This document shows, piece by piece, positions 1 through 9,655 of a stretch of 64,000 nt of DNA. A program made the translations under genes and the position numbers. Under the pieces are notes generated by a model, which did no database searches, was not told where the DNA came from, and saw nothing but the letters and a program-made list of their open reading frames with translations. Origin of the DNA: an uncultured Eubacteriales bacterium (GTDB lineage: Bacteria > Bacillota > Clostridia > Oscillospirales > Acutalibacteraceae); NCBI GenBank assembly GCA_900315085.1, contig OMXW01000004.1, forward strand, positions 4,399-68,398, in the 5' to 3' direction. Every line of letters starts with the position of its first letter. Positions within the stretch are counted from its first letter, which is position 1.

Positions 1-100
1 CATCATGGGTATCTTCTTCTCAAGACTGATGCTCAGAAGCGTAGCAGGCTTCAAGCCTCTGCGTAAAAAATGGTTGTTTGGAGGTGCTAAGAATGACTAA
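1..100 (+). CDS. secD: Protein translocase subunit SecD, C-terminal end (partial)
   Basis: Frame 2 reads IMGIFFSRLMLRSVAGFKPLRKKWLFGGAKND* (TAA 98-100), overlapping the secF start; assignment mostly by position. Confidence 0.7.
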   Translation, partial: IMGIFFSRLMLRSVAGFKPLRKKWLFGGAKND

Positions 101-1121
101 TGACGTTCAGACAAAGGCAGCAGACGCTCCAATGACAGCCGAACAGGTCAGCGAAAAATTCAACGGCGGCAAAAAGGTAATCGATTTTGTCGGCAAGAAA
201 AAAGTATTTTTCGGACTTTCACTTGCGATCATGCTCATCGGCTTGATCTGCAACTTCATCTTCGGCACAACTCTTGACATTCAGTTCACGGGCGGTGCAA
301 CGCTCACCTACAGCTACACTGTAGACAAGGATCATCCCATCGATCAGGAAGAGCTCCGCAGCTTCATTCAGGAGCACACAAAGGATAAAATCACAGCTTC
401 ATTCTCAACCGACCTCATGGGTAATACAGGTGAGAACGTAAGCGTACAGTTCTCGGGCAACGATTCAATCAAGACCGATATCCAGGAAAACCTCACAAAG
501 GATTTGCAGAAGAAGTATCCTGACAACAACTTCAAGAACCTCGAGGCAAACTCGGTTGACGCATCAATGGGCTTCATGTTCCTGCTCAAGTGTCTTGCCG
601 CAGTAGCTCTTGCAAGTGTCCTCATGGTACTTTATGTAACCATCCGATTCAAGAAAATCGGCGGTCTTTCAGCCGGTGTAATGGCTCTGGTTGCGCTGTT
701 CCACGATATCGCAATGATTTACTTCCTCTACGTTATCTTCCAGATGCCCATCGACTCAAACTTCATCGCGGTTGTTCTTATGATTCTCGGTTACTCACTG
801 AACGATACGATCGTTATCTACGACCGTGTTCGTGAGCAGAGAAAGCTTATGGGCAGAAAGACAGACGTTGGCACAGTATTCAACGTAAGCTGCACCAAGA
901 CACTCAAGAGAACGATCATGACCTCTGTAACCACACTTTCCGCGATTATGGTTGTATACATCCTCGCATTCATCTTCAACATCAACTCGGTAAAGAGCTT
1001 CGCTCTCCCGATGATGATCGGTGTAATCTCAGGTTGTTATTCATCAATCTGCATCGCAGGTCCGCTCTGGGTTATGTGGCAGAACAAAAAGGCTGCAAGA
1101 AAAGCTGCCAAGAAAGCCTAA
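93..1121 (+). CDS. secF: Protein translocase subunit SecF
   Basis: LDIQFTGG motif, GYSLNDTIVIYDRVRE motif, multiple TM segments; ATG at 93 after GGAGGT. Confidence 0.95.
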   Translation: MTNDVQTKAADAPMTAEQVSEKFNGGKKVIDFVGKKKVFFGLSLAIMLIGLICNFIFGTTLDIQFTGGATLTYSYTVDKDHPIDQEELRSFIQEHTKDKITASFSTDLMGNTGENVSVQFSGNDSIKTDIQENLTKDLQKKYPDNNFKNLEANSVDASMGFMFLLKCLAAVALASVLMVLYVTIRFKKIGGLSAGVMALVALFHDIAMIYFLYVIFQMPIDSNFIAVVLMILGYSLNDTIVIYDRVREQRKLMGRKTDVGTVFNVSCTKTLKRTIMTSVTTLSAIMVVYILAFIFNINSVKSFALPMMIGVISGCYSSICIAGPLWVMWQNKKAARKAAKKA

Positions 1122-1498
1122 AAAATATTATCAAATTTCGGGTACTCGCTTCCTTTTATGGAGGCGAGTCCTTTTTTTGCGCCCGCGCTTCCGGCAAAAT
1201 ACATGTCGGGGCAACAGCTGTCAATATGAGTTTTCATCTGCGAAAGGTTGATTCCGATACTGTCGATGTAGTCGTGGATCAACAGCGTGTCCAAAAAAGA
1301 CGCGGTTTTGTCCCAGTCGGAGCTGACCTCTCCGCACAGCTTGGAAGCCTTTGTAAAATCGTCCTTCATCATCAGAGCGTCGATCTTTTCAATTCTCCGC
1401 GTAAAGCTGTCAGCCGTATTTCCGATATACCAAAGCTCTGCGCCGGCGGCAGAAAGGCAAATCAGCAGCAGGGCAAAGGCAATAAATATCCTTTTCAT
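1118..1498 (-). CDS. DUF4363-like small exported protein
   Basis: 126 aa, N-terminal hydrophobic helix, W...LIHDYIDSI pattern; coupled to the DUF421 gene as usual. Confidence 0.7.
   Translation of the reverse strand: MKRIFIAFALLLICLSAAGAELWYIGNTADSFTRRIEKIDALMMKDDFTKASKLCGEVSSDWDKTASFLDTLLIHDYIDSIGINLSQMKTHIDSCCPDMYFAGSAGAKKGLASIKGSEYPKFDNIF
1144..1178 (+). terminator. Intrinsic terminator after secF, inside the 3' end of the convergent gene
   Basis: actcgcttcc-tttta-tggaggcgagt hairpin followed by a T-run. Confidence 0.6.
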
Positions 1499-2169
1499 TT
1501 TTTCTCCTTTTCAATTATCTTATAACTTCCGTCCTCGCTTATTGTCATTATAAAGATGTTCTTGATAGAAATATTATTCTTTTTTAGAATTTTATTGATA
1601 TCCTCTTTTTTGACCTCGCACAGCGCTTCCGAGCTGTCAAGCAGCCTTCCGTCGCTGATTACAACGCTGTCGGGCTTGTTTTCAGAAATCGTAACTCCCA
1701 TGTCCTCGGCGGCGGGAGTTCTTTTTTGCGGTTTTTCAAGCACGCTCAGCGTTCCTCCCGTCTCAACAATACAGTACTGAACGTCGTCCAAGTTAAAAAT
1801 ATTCTGAGCTCTGAGCTGTGCGCAAAGCTCGTCTGTGGTCAGCCTGAGCCGTTTCATCTGACTTTGAAGTATTTTACCGTCGTCAATCACAACTATCGGA
1901 CTGCCGCACACGATCCTTCTGAAAAGCCTGCTTTTCATCATAATAACGCTCGCGGCAATTTCAAGGGCGACAAGGATCATCACGGGAATGATTCCGCTGA
2001 GCAGGGGCTGAGAGGTGTTTTGCATTGGCATAGAAGCAATGTCGGAAATAATCATCGTGACAACAAGCTCGCTGGGCTGCATGTCGCTTATTTGCCGCTT
2101 GCCCATTAGCCTGAGGGCGGCAATAATAAAGACGTAAAGAATAACGGTTCTTATTACGGATATTAACAT
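1495..2169 (-). CDS. DUF421 (YetF/YrbG-like) membrane protein
   Basis: LRLMGKRQIS motif, GSPIVVIDDGKI, IVETGGTLSV; ATG 2169 after AGAGGTGA. Confidence 0.9.
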   Translation of the reverse strand: MLISVIRTVILYVFIIAALRLMGKRQISDMQPSELVVTMIISDIASMPMQNTSQPLLSGIIPVMILVALEIAASVIMMKSRLFRRIVCGSPIVVIDDGKILQSQMKRLRLTTDELCAQLRAQNIFNLDDVQYCIVETGGTLSVLEKPQKRTPAAEDMGVTISENKPDSVVISDGRLLDSSEALCEVKKEDINKILKKNNISIKNIFIMTISEDGSYKIIEKEKK

Positions 2170-2267
2170 TGTATCACCTCTATCATTATTCGTTTTCGGT
2201 GTGGATTTATGCGGCAGCGCAGTAATATTTTTACGGAATCTGCCAATAATAAGTTGGAAATAAAAAG

Positions 2268-2384
2268 ATGTCATCCTGAGCGGTGCCAATGGTAAAATCG
2301 CGAAGCGATTTAGTCGAAGGATCCCCCAATCAGTAAACCGACTTCTATCGGAAGGGGATTCCTCCGCGTTGGTCGGAATGACAT
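2268..2384. repeat. REP doublet (TGTCAT[T/C]C-type, family A)
   Basis: atgtcatcctgagcg...gtcgaaggatc and inverted ggattcctccgcgttggtcggaatgacat; the right half is the reverse complement of 35366-35393. Confidence 0.85.
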
Positions 2385-2442
2385 TTAATGAAATTGCAGA
2401 GTTCTTTCATGCCATGCAGACAATCATAAGCAGGTGATATTT

Positions 2443-3897
2443 ATGAAACATACACTGGATAAAATCAAACTTAGCTTAAACGAAATGTTCTCAAATTCGT
2501 CCGACCTCACAATCAAAGATATAATTCTGAAATCGAATTATAAAATAAAGGGCGCGGTGATTACAATCGAGGGACTGTGTTCAAAGGACGAGCTTGCTCA
2601 GTCAGTGCTAAATCCGCTGATGATGCACGATTTCGGAACAAGCACGCCTCAAGCCGCGCTTGAAACGATTCTGACCTCGGTTTCGGGAAGCTGCGATATG
2701 ACAAGGTTTAATTCCACACAAGAATTAATCGCCTTTATAACCTCGGGCTTTGCCGTAATAGCGCTCGACGGCTGCGACGATATGATTGCAGTCGGCGTTC
2801 AGGGCTATTCCTACCGCAGCGTAAGCGAGCCCGAAAGCGAGGTTGTACAGCGCGGAGCGCGCGAGGGGTTTACGGAGCCGCTCAGGGTGAATATGTCGAT
2901 GATAAGGCGGCGAATGAAAAATCCCGACCTGATTTTTGAGCAGCTCACTGTTGGAACCGAGTCAAAAACCCAGATCATGATTTGCTATCTAAAACACTGC
3001 GCTTCTCCGTCGCTTGTCAAAAAGGTGAAAACTCGGCTGAACGAATGTCAGCTCCCGACAATTTTCGCTTCCGGTTACCTTTCGGAATACCTTGAGGACA
3101 AAAGCACAAGCCGACTTTTTTCAGGCGTGGGAATATCGGAGCGCCCCGACACGGTCTGCGGAAAGCTGACCGAGGGCAGAATCGCGATTATTGTTGACGG
3201 CACTCCGGCGGTAATAATCATCCCGAGGCTCTTTGTTGAGGAGTTTCAGGGAGTAGACGACTACTCCAACCGCAGCTATTACGCCACGCTTATCCGCCTG
3301 ATAAAATATCTGTCGTTTTTCTTCGCGGTGTTCGCTCCGGCGCTGTATGTGGCTCTGGCACAGTTCCACCCCGAGTATATCCCAACGTGGATACTCATAA
3401 AAACCTCGGAATCTCTGGCGGTAACTCCGCTGCCCGTCACGCTTGAGGTGCTGCTGATCACCTTTATTTACGAAATAATGAAGGAGGCAGGGCTGCGGAT
3501 ACCCAAATCGCTCGGACACGCGGTAAGCATAGTCGGAGGCCTTGTAGTGGGGGAAAGCGCGGTCAACGCGGGAATAATCACAGCCTCAACGCTCATGGTT
3601 GTAGCCACCGCCGCAATAAGCAGCTACGTCACATCTCCGCTATATCCGCCCGTCACGATCCTGCGCGTTATCCTGATAATCACAGCGGGAGTGGCAGGAC
3701 TGTGGGGAATAGTGCTCGTAACCGCAGTCACAATAATCAGCATGTGCTCAAAAACCTCGCTCGGAGTGCCGTATATGTCGTCGCTGTCGCCGTTTTCGCT
3801 CAGGTCAATGCGCGACGTGTTCATCCGCGCAAGCTGGAAAAAGCTCGGCTCTCACACAATCAGAGTCCAAAAATTTCCCGAAACGGAGGAGAAGTAA
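2443..3897 (+). CDS. gerKA: Spore germination receptor subunit A (GerKA/GerA family)
   Basis: EPESEVVQRGAREGFTE, SERPDTV, EAGLRIP, SIVGGLVVGESAVNAG motifs. Confidence 0.93.
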   Translation: MKHTLDKIKLSLNEMFSNSSDLTIKDIILKSNYKIKGAVITIEGLCSKDELAQSVLNPLMMHDFGTSTPQAALETILTSVSGSCDMTRFNSTQELIAFITSGFAVIALDGCDDMIAVGVQGYSYRSVSEPESEVVQRGAREGFTEPLRVNMSMIRRRMKNPDLIFEQLTVGTESKTQIMICYLKHCASPSLVKKVKTRLNECQLPTIFASGYLSEYLEDKSTSRLFSGVGISERPDTVCGKLTEGRIAIIVDGTPAVIIIPRLFVEEFQGVDDYSNRSYYATLIRLIKYLSFFFAVFAPALYVALAQFHPEYIPTWILIKTSESLAVTPLPVTLEVLLITFIYEIMKEAGLRIPKSLGHAVSIVGGLVVGESAVNAGIITASTLMVVATAAISSYVTSPLYPPVTILRVILIITAGVAGLWGIVLVTAVTIISMCSKTSLGVPYMSSLSPFSLRSMRDVFIRASWKKLGSHTIRVQKFPETEEK

Positions 3898-4947
3898 TTG
3901 CAGCCTAATATCAAGTTTTCCTCAAAGCGGCTCATGCTGTCGCTGATGCTCTGCTCATGCTCGGTAATTCTTTTACAGAATCATAACGTCTCGCCAAAGA
4001 ACTCTTTCACCGTAAATCTGCTCTGTATGCTCGGCGGTCTGGCGGTCAGCGCGGTAATGTTTTTGCCGTCGGTAATTTTGAAAAAAACGAGGGATACCGA
4101 TTTTTTGACCGTCTCGGCTCAGAGCACGCCAAAGCTCAAAATCCCGCTTGCGGCGGTTTACGCACTCTACTTTGTGTATGCCGCCGAGTATTTTCTGCTG
4201 CCGTACACCGACCTTTTTTGCAAAAAGTACTACCCCGAGGTCAGTCCGTGCGTAATCGGACTTTGTCTGCTTGGCGCCTGCGTTTACGCGGCGTACAAGG
4301 GCGCAAATATTATTTCTCGGTTCGGACTTTTCCTGTTCGCCTTTGCGCTGCTCACAAATCTGCTGATGTTCGGCGGAAGCATTACCTCGCTCGATTTCGC
4401 AAACGACAGCTTTGCGCTAAAAGCGGATTGGGACAGTGCATTGAGCACGGTAATATATTTTTGCGCGCCGTCGTTTATCGCCGTGATTTACGCCTGCCTT
4501 GCAGGTGAAACAAAAAACTTCACGCTTAAACAGCCGCTTTTCGCCCTGTTTTTTACCGCACTTAAATACGCGCTCGTGCTGTTTTTTGTGTCGTTCGCGG
4601 TAGGAGCGTACGCTCAGCGGCAGGATTACCAGAGTTTTATTCTGTCGCGAGTGGCTCACTTTGACGGCTTCGCAGGAATTGAAAGTCTGTTTGTTGCGCT
4701 TGCCACAATGTCGGTTTTTATGATAATCTCGCTGTTTTTGAGCTGTATCAACAAGAGCGCGCAGCAGGGCAGACTGAAAAACTCAATACTGTTCGCGGCA
4801 ATAATATTTGCCGTCAGCTTTATAGCGGAGTGGAATAATTCTGTAAAAGAAATATTTATTAACGATTATATTTTTATTATTTTTACCGCAGTTGTGGCGG
4901 TTCTTATTCCGCTTGCATATATCTTTACGGGGAGGAAAGCAAAATGA
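3898..4947 (+). CDS. Spore germination receptor subunit B (GerAB/APC-like membrane protein)
   Basis: About 10 TM helices, directly after gerKA, GIESLFVAL motif; TTG start. Confidence 0.75.
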   Translation: MQPNIKFSSKRLMLSLMLCSCSVILLQNHNVSPKNSFTVNLLCMLGGLAVSAVMFLPSVILKKTRDTDFLTVSAQSTPKLKIPLAAVYALYFVYAAEYFLLPYTDLFCKKYYPEVSPCVIGLCLLGACVYAAYKGANIISRFGLFLFAFALLTNLLMFGGSITSLDFANDSFALKADWDSALSTVIYFCAPSFIAVIYACLAGETKNFTLKQPLFALFFTALKYALVLFFVSFAVGAYAQRQDYQSFILSRVAHFDGFAGIESLFVALATMSVFMIISLFLSCINKSAQQGRLKNSILFAAIIFAVSFIAEWNNSVKEIFINDYIFIIFTAVVAVLIPLAYIFTGRKAK

Positions 4948-5537
4948 AGCGAAGCATTGCGGCAATTATTATTCTTGCACTAATGCTTTTTACGGGCTGC
5001 AGCAGCTCGCACCGAATTGAAACCGCCGCTGTAATCGAAAACGTCAGCGTCGCAAGGGTGAGCGGACAGCTTATTTACACCTTTTACCGTCTGTCCTCGG
5101 ACGAAAAGCCGCCAAAGACGGAAATCGCCGCTTCGTCCTTTGAGGAGGCGTGCACGCTCGCGCGCGAAAAATATATTCCTCACCTCACGCTCGCAAAGCT
5201 CAGACTTCTGCTTGTTCACCGCGATTTAAAGGACAGCGTAATGCCAAAGGATATAAGCTATATCTCAACGCAGACCTATTTTTCGCCAGTTGCGTATGTG
5301 GCGCTCTGCGACGACGAAACAATAAAAAAGGTGGGGGAAAGCTCGCATATTTTAAACACGGTTGAAGAACAGCTCAAGCTCTGCCAAAAGCGCAGTCCGC
5401 AGGTCAGGCTCGACTACCTTTCAATCTTCAACAGCCTTCAAAGGGACGACGGAAACGGAGTGAATATTGCTTTTATTAATTCTGATAAAGAATTAAAAGC
5501 GGATATTGAAAAAATATCTGTAAAATATGAGAATTAA
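4944..5537 (+). CDS. Short GerC-like lipoprotein
   Basis: Lipobox LFTGC, third gene of the ger operon, only 197 aa. Confidence 0.65.
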   Translation: MKRSIAAIIILALMLFTGCSSSHRIETAAVIENVSVARVSGQLIYTFYRLSSDEKPPKTEIAASSFEEACTLAREKYIPHLTLAKLRLLLVHRDLKDSVMPKDISYISTQTYFSPVAYVALCDDETIKKVGESSHILNTVEEQLKLCQKRSPQVRLDYLSIFNSLQRDDGNGVNIAFINSDKELKADIEKISVKYEN

Positions 5538-5642
5538 TGAAATTTAATTCACTAAAAGACTTTATCTTTTGGACAATTTGTAGTATAATATAACTTAATT
5601 ATAATGTATCGTTATACCCAAATTTACCAAGGTGGTGGCAAT

Positions 5643-6608
5643 ATGTCTGAATTTTCCGTACGCTTATCCGAAATAGTGGAACGGCTGGAGCTTCAAAGCG
5701 TGTATGTGGCTGAAAACTATGAGGACATAAAAATATCCACGGTTGAAATCAACCGCCCGGGACTTGAGCTGACAGGCTACTTTGAATTTTTTGACAACAA
5801 AAAGATTCAGGTGCTCGGAAACACCGAGTTTGCCTATCTGAACAGGTTCGGCTCGGAGGCACAGCGAATGGTAATCGACTCCATTTTCAGCTTCGGACCT
5901 CCCGCGGTAATTATCTGCCGTCACATTGAGCCGTCAAACGTAATACTCGAAAGCGCAAAGCTTCACAAGGTATCTATCTTCAGGAGCGAGGAGACTACGT
6001 CCGACTTAACCGCGCGTCTTGTATCCTTCCTCAACCGTGAGCTTGCACCGAGAATTACGCGCCACGGCGTACTCGTTGAGGTATACGGCGAAGGCTGTCT
6101 GCTTGTGGGCGACAGCGGCGTTGGTAAAAGTGAAACGGCAATTGAGCTTATCAAGCGCGGACACCGCCTTGTAGCGGACGACGCGGTAGAAATCCGCCGC
6201 ACCAGCGCAAGCACGCTCATGGGTACCTCACCGCAGAACATCCGCCACTTTATTGAGCTCAGGGGCATAGGAATCATCAACGCGCGTAAGCTGTTCGGTA
6301 TGGGCGCGGTAAAAACTGACGAGAAAATCGACATGGTGGTAAACCTTGAAATCTGGGACAACACAAAGGTTTACGACCGAATGGGACTTGATAACGAATA
6401 CATGGAGATTTTGGGCGTGGAGGTCCCTACGCTCACCATCCCGGTTAAGCCCGGACGAAACTTAGCGGTAATTATTGAGGTTGCCGCCATGAACAACCGT
6501 CAAAAGAAGATGGGCTACAACGCGGCAAAGGATCTTTTGAGGAGCCTCGGAATGGATTTGGAAGCAATGCCCGAATCAAACAAAACCGTAATTGACAAGT
6601 GGAATTAA
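5643..6608 (+). CDS. hprK: HPr kinase/phosphorylase
   Basis: INRPGL, HGVLVEVYG, GDSGVGKSE Walker A, HRLVADD, PVKPGRN. Confidence 0.97.
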   Translation: MSEFSVRLSEIVERLELQSVYVAENYEDIKISTVEINRPGLELTGYFEFFDNKKIQVLGNTEFAYLNRFGSEAQRMVIDSIFSFGPPAVIICRHIEPSNVILESAKLHKVSIFRSEETTSDLTARLVSFLNRELAPRITRHGVLVEVYGEGCLLVGDSGVGKSETAIELIKRGHRLVADDAVEIRRTSASTLMGTSPQNIRHFIELRGIGIINARKLFGMGAVKTDEKIDMVVNLEIWDNTKVYDRMGLDNEYMEILGVEVPTLTIPVKPGRNLAVIIEVAAMNNRQKKMGYNAAKDLLRSLGMDLEAMPESNKTVIDKWN

Positions 6609-6648
6609 TTCTTTTTTAGAATTATTTATTATATATTGAGAGGGTCTT

Positions 6649-7557
6649 ATGGACAGAACAGAAATCATTTACAATCTTGCAGAAATAGCAGGCTGGGAGG
6701 CTTACAGAAACGAGCCGATGAGCCGCCACACATCGTTTAAAATCGGCGGCGAAGCCGATACATATATCAAAGTCAAGGACATTTCACAGCTAAAAACCTT
6801 AATCAAGGAGTGCCGCGAGGCGGACGTTGACTACTTCCTGATAGGCAACGGAAGCAATATCCTTGTCAGCGACGAGGGAATAAAGGGCGTAGTGATCAAG
6901 CTCGGCGGAGAATTCAAGAATATCTCCTTGCTTGACGACGAAACGATCTACTGCGGCTCGGGAGCGTCGCTTGCTTCTCTTTGTAAATTCGCGCTCAACA
7001 GCGGTCTTTCGGGACTTGAGTTTGCCTGGGGAATCCCGGGCTCGGTAGGCGGCGCGCTGTTTATGAACGCCGGAGCCTACGGCGGCGAGATGAAGCAAGT
7101 CGTTCACAGCGTATCTCACATCACCCCAAAGGGAGAGGTAGGACGAATCGACCGCGACGACCTTGAGTTCGGCTACCGCACCAGCGTTTACAGAAAAAAC
7201 GGCAACATAATCACGGGAGCCGTTTTAAAGCTGAAAAAGGACAGCCCGGATGAAATCCGAGCAAGAATGGAGGATTTCATGGGACGCCGCAGCGACAAGC
7301 AGCCGCTTGAATATCCAAGCGCGGGCAGCGTATTCAAACGTCCCGAGGGAGCCTACGCGGGCGCGCTGATTGAGCAGTGCGGATTAAAAGGAAAATCACG
7401 CGGCGGCGCTCAGGTGAGCGAAAAGCACGCCGGATTCATAATAAATAAAGGCAAGGCAACTGCCTCCGACGTAAGAGGACTAATCCGCGAGGTTCAGACA
7501 ACCGTAGCGGAACAGACGGGCTACCACCTTGAATGCGAACTAATCATAATGAACTAA
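6649..7557 (+). CDS. murB: UDP-N-acetylenolpyruvoylglucosamine reductase
   Basis: HTSFKIGG, GNGSN, GIPGSVGG..MNAGAYG, PSAGSVFKRP, SEKHAGF. Confidence 0.97.
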   Translation: MDRTEIIYNLAEIAGWEAYRNEPMSRHTSFKIGGEADTYIKVKDISQLKTLIKECREADVDYFLIGNGSNILVSDEGIKGVVIKLGGEFKNISLLDDETIYCGSGASLASLCKFALNSGLSGLEFAWGIPGSVGGALFMNAGAYGGEMKQVVHSVSHITPKGEVGRIDRDDLEFGYRTSVYRKNGNIITGAVLKLKKDSPDEIRARMEDFMGRRSDKQPLEYPSAGSVFKRPEGAYAGALIEQCGLKGKSRGGAQVSEKHAGFIINKGKATASDVRGLIREVQTTVAEQTGYHLECELIIMN

Positions 7558-7580
7558 TGCGTATTAACTGAGGAGATTTA

Positions 7581-8447
7581 ATGGAATTTGTAATTGTCAC
7601 CGGAATGTCGGGAGCCGGCAAAACCTCGGCTCTGCACGTTCTGGAGGATTTGGGCTACTACTGTGTAGATAATATTCCTTCCTCGCTTCTCTCCACGCTC
7701 TACAAGCTTTGCTCAAAAACGCTGGACGAGATGATGAAGAAGGTCGCGGTCGTTGTTGACGTCAGGGGAAACGGAAACTACAAGGAGATGAATTCTCAGA
7801 TTGAAGATTTCAAAAACGCCCATTCAAGCGTAAAAATTCTGTTCCTTGACGCGAAAACAGACCAAATCATTGTAAGATATAAGGAGACAAGGCGAAAGCA
7901 TCCGCTTGCCGACAGATTAAAGGACGGCTCTGTAAGCGAGGCAGTCGAGCTTGAAAAGGCGCTTGTTTTGCCTGTCAGGAGAATTTCGGACTATACGATC
8001 GACACAACCTATATGTCGAACAAGCAGCTCAGGGAGCGCGTGACCTCAATGTTCATGGGCGACCCCACAAAGGGAATTACCCTGACCTTTATGTCTTTCG
8101 GATTCAAGTACGGAATCCCGCTTGAAGCGGATGTGATTATCGATGTAAGGTGCCTGCCTAATCCGTTCTACATTCCCGAGCTAAAGCATAAAACGGGACT
8201 TGACAAAGAGGTACGCGATTACGTTATGAACAGCGAAAACACGCGCGAATTTTTAAGCAGAATGATAAGCCTGCTCGATTTTTCGGTTCCTCTTTACTCA
8301 AAGGAGGGCAAAAGCGAGCTTGTTGTGGGAATAGGCTGCACGGGCGGAAAGCACCGCAGCGTAACGCTCGCGCGCAGACTTGACAACCACTTTCAGGAGC
8401 TCGGCTATCGCTGCGTGCTCCAGCACCGCGACGTTTCAAAGAATTAG
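7581..8447 (+). CDS. rapZ: RNase adapter RapZ (YvcJ)
   Basis: TGMSGAGKT, SFGFKYG, DVRCLPNP, GCTGGKHRSV. Confidence 0.96.
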   Translation: MEFVIVTGMSGAGKTSALHVLEDLGYYCVDNIPSSLLSTLYKLCSKTLDEMMKKVAVVVDVRGNGNYKEMNSQIEDFKNAHSSVKILFLDAKTDQIIVRYKETRRKHPLADRLKDGSVSEAVELEKALVLPVRRISDYTIDTTYMSNKQLRERVTSMFMGDPTKGITLTFMSFGFKYGIPLEADVIIDVRCLPNPFYIPELKHKTGLDKEVRDYVMNSENTREFLSRMISLLDFSVPLYSKEGKSELVVGIGCTGGKHRSVTLARRLDNHFQELGYRCVLQHRDVSKN

Positions 8448-8455
8448 GAGGACAA

Positions 8456-9382
8456 GTGTCTTTTTCATCAGATGTAAAAAAGGAGCTTTGCTCGGCGCAG
8501 TCGTTTGACAGGGAGGCGCTCAAGGCTGAGCTTTACGGAATATTGCTGTTCGGAAAAACCTTTTCCGCGGACAAAATAGTGTTCACAACCGAAAGCTCAC
8601 ACGCAATAAAGCGAGCTGCTATGCTGCTTGAAAATCTGTATATGCCGATAATCGAAAAGCAGACCGCTCTCAGGACAAAAAACGGCGGCAGCCACCTCTA
8701 CAAAATGTCGCTGATAGATTCCTCGGAGTGCAAAAGGATTTTTGAGGACTTCGGCCACTCTGAATCCCAGGTTACCCTGCGCGTCAACCGCGCGGTGATA
8801 GGGCGCGACGAGCTTGCAGCGGCGTTTGTGCGCGGAGTATTTTTGAGCTGCGGCTCGGTATCCGACCCCGTAAAGAGCTATCACGCCGAGTTCAGCGTTC
8901 CCTACAAAAACCTGAGCACGGATTTGTGCAAAATACTGACCGAGGTCACCGACTGCGTGTTCACCCCGAAAACAGTTGCGCGCAGCGGCAATTACATCGT
9001 TTATTTTAAGGGCAGCGAGCAAATTTGCGACCTGCTTACATATATGGGCGCGCCGATCCGGGCTATGGAAATCATGGGCACAAAGGCGGTAAAGCAGGTA
9101 CGCAACAACGTTAACCGCCGAATCAACAGCGAGGTAGCCAACATCGGAAAGGTCGCCACCGCTTCTGCAAGACAAATTGAGGCGATTGAACATATAAAAA
9201 CAATAAAGGGCTTGGAATCACTGCCGCAGGATTTAAAAGAAATCGCGTTTCTCAGGCTTGAAAATCCTGAGATGTCGCTGAGGGACTTAGGGCAGAATCT
9301 CAGTCCGCCAATCAGCAGAAGCGGAGCGAATCACAGAATTCAGCGTCTGCTTGAGCTTGCGGATATGACGGAGGAAAAATAA
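8456..9382 (+). CDS. whiA: DNA-binding protein WhiA
   Basis: MSFSSDVKKEL start, FVRGVFL..GSVSDP..YH.E, C-terminal SRSGANHR; GTG start. Confidence 0.95.
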   Translation: MSFSSDVKKELCSAQSFDREALKAELYGILLFGKTFSADKIVFTTESSHAIKRAAMLLENLYMPIIEKQTALRTKNGGSHLYKMSLIDSSECKRIFEDFGHSESQVTLRVNRAVIGRDELAAAFVRGVFLSCGSVSDPVKSYHAEFSVPYKNLSTDLCKILTEVTDCVFTPKTVARSGNYIVYFKGSEQICDLLTYMGAPIRAMEIMGTKAVKQVRNNVNRRINSEVANIGKVATASARQIEAIEHIKTIKGLESLPQDLKEIAFLRLENPEMSLRDLGQNLSPPISRSGANHRIQRLLELADMTEEK

Positions 9383-9655
9383 ATGAACAAAGAACTAACA
9401 CTCGAAGAAGCAATGGCTCAGCTTGAAAGGACAATGAGGGAGCTTGAAAACCCGAACGTCAGTTTTTCGCGCGGAATTGAGCTATACGGCACCGCGGCAG
9501 AGCTGCTGACTTTCTGCTTCAAGGAGTTTGAGACCGCGAACACAAAAATAACTCAGCTCAACGAGGAACTGGAAAAGGCGGAAAAAAGGCTGACCGAATA
9601 TTCGGAATATTCCGATGAAATAACCGACGACAACGCGGAGGATTACTATGAATAA
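9383..9655 (+). CDS. xseB: Exodeoxyribonuclease VII small subunit
   Basis: LTLEEAMAQLE...LE....S....IELY pattern; upstream of ispA. Confidence 0.8.
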   Translation: MNKELTLEEAMAQLERTMRELENPNVSFSRGIELYGTAAELLTFCFKEFETANTKITQLNEELEKAEKRLTEYSEYSDEITDDNAEDYYE

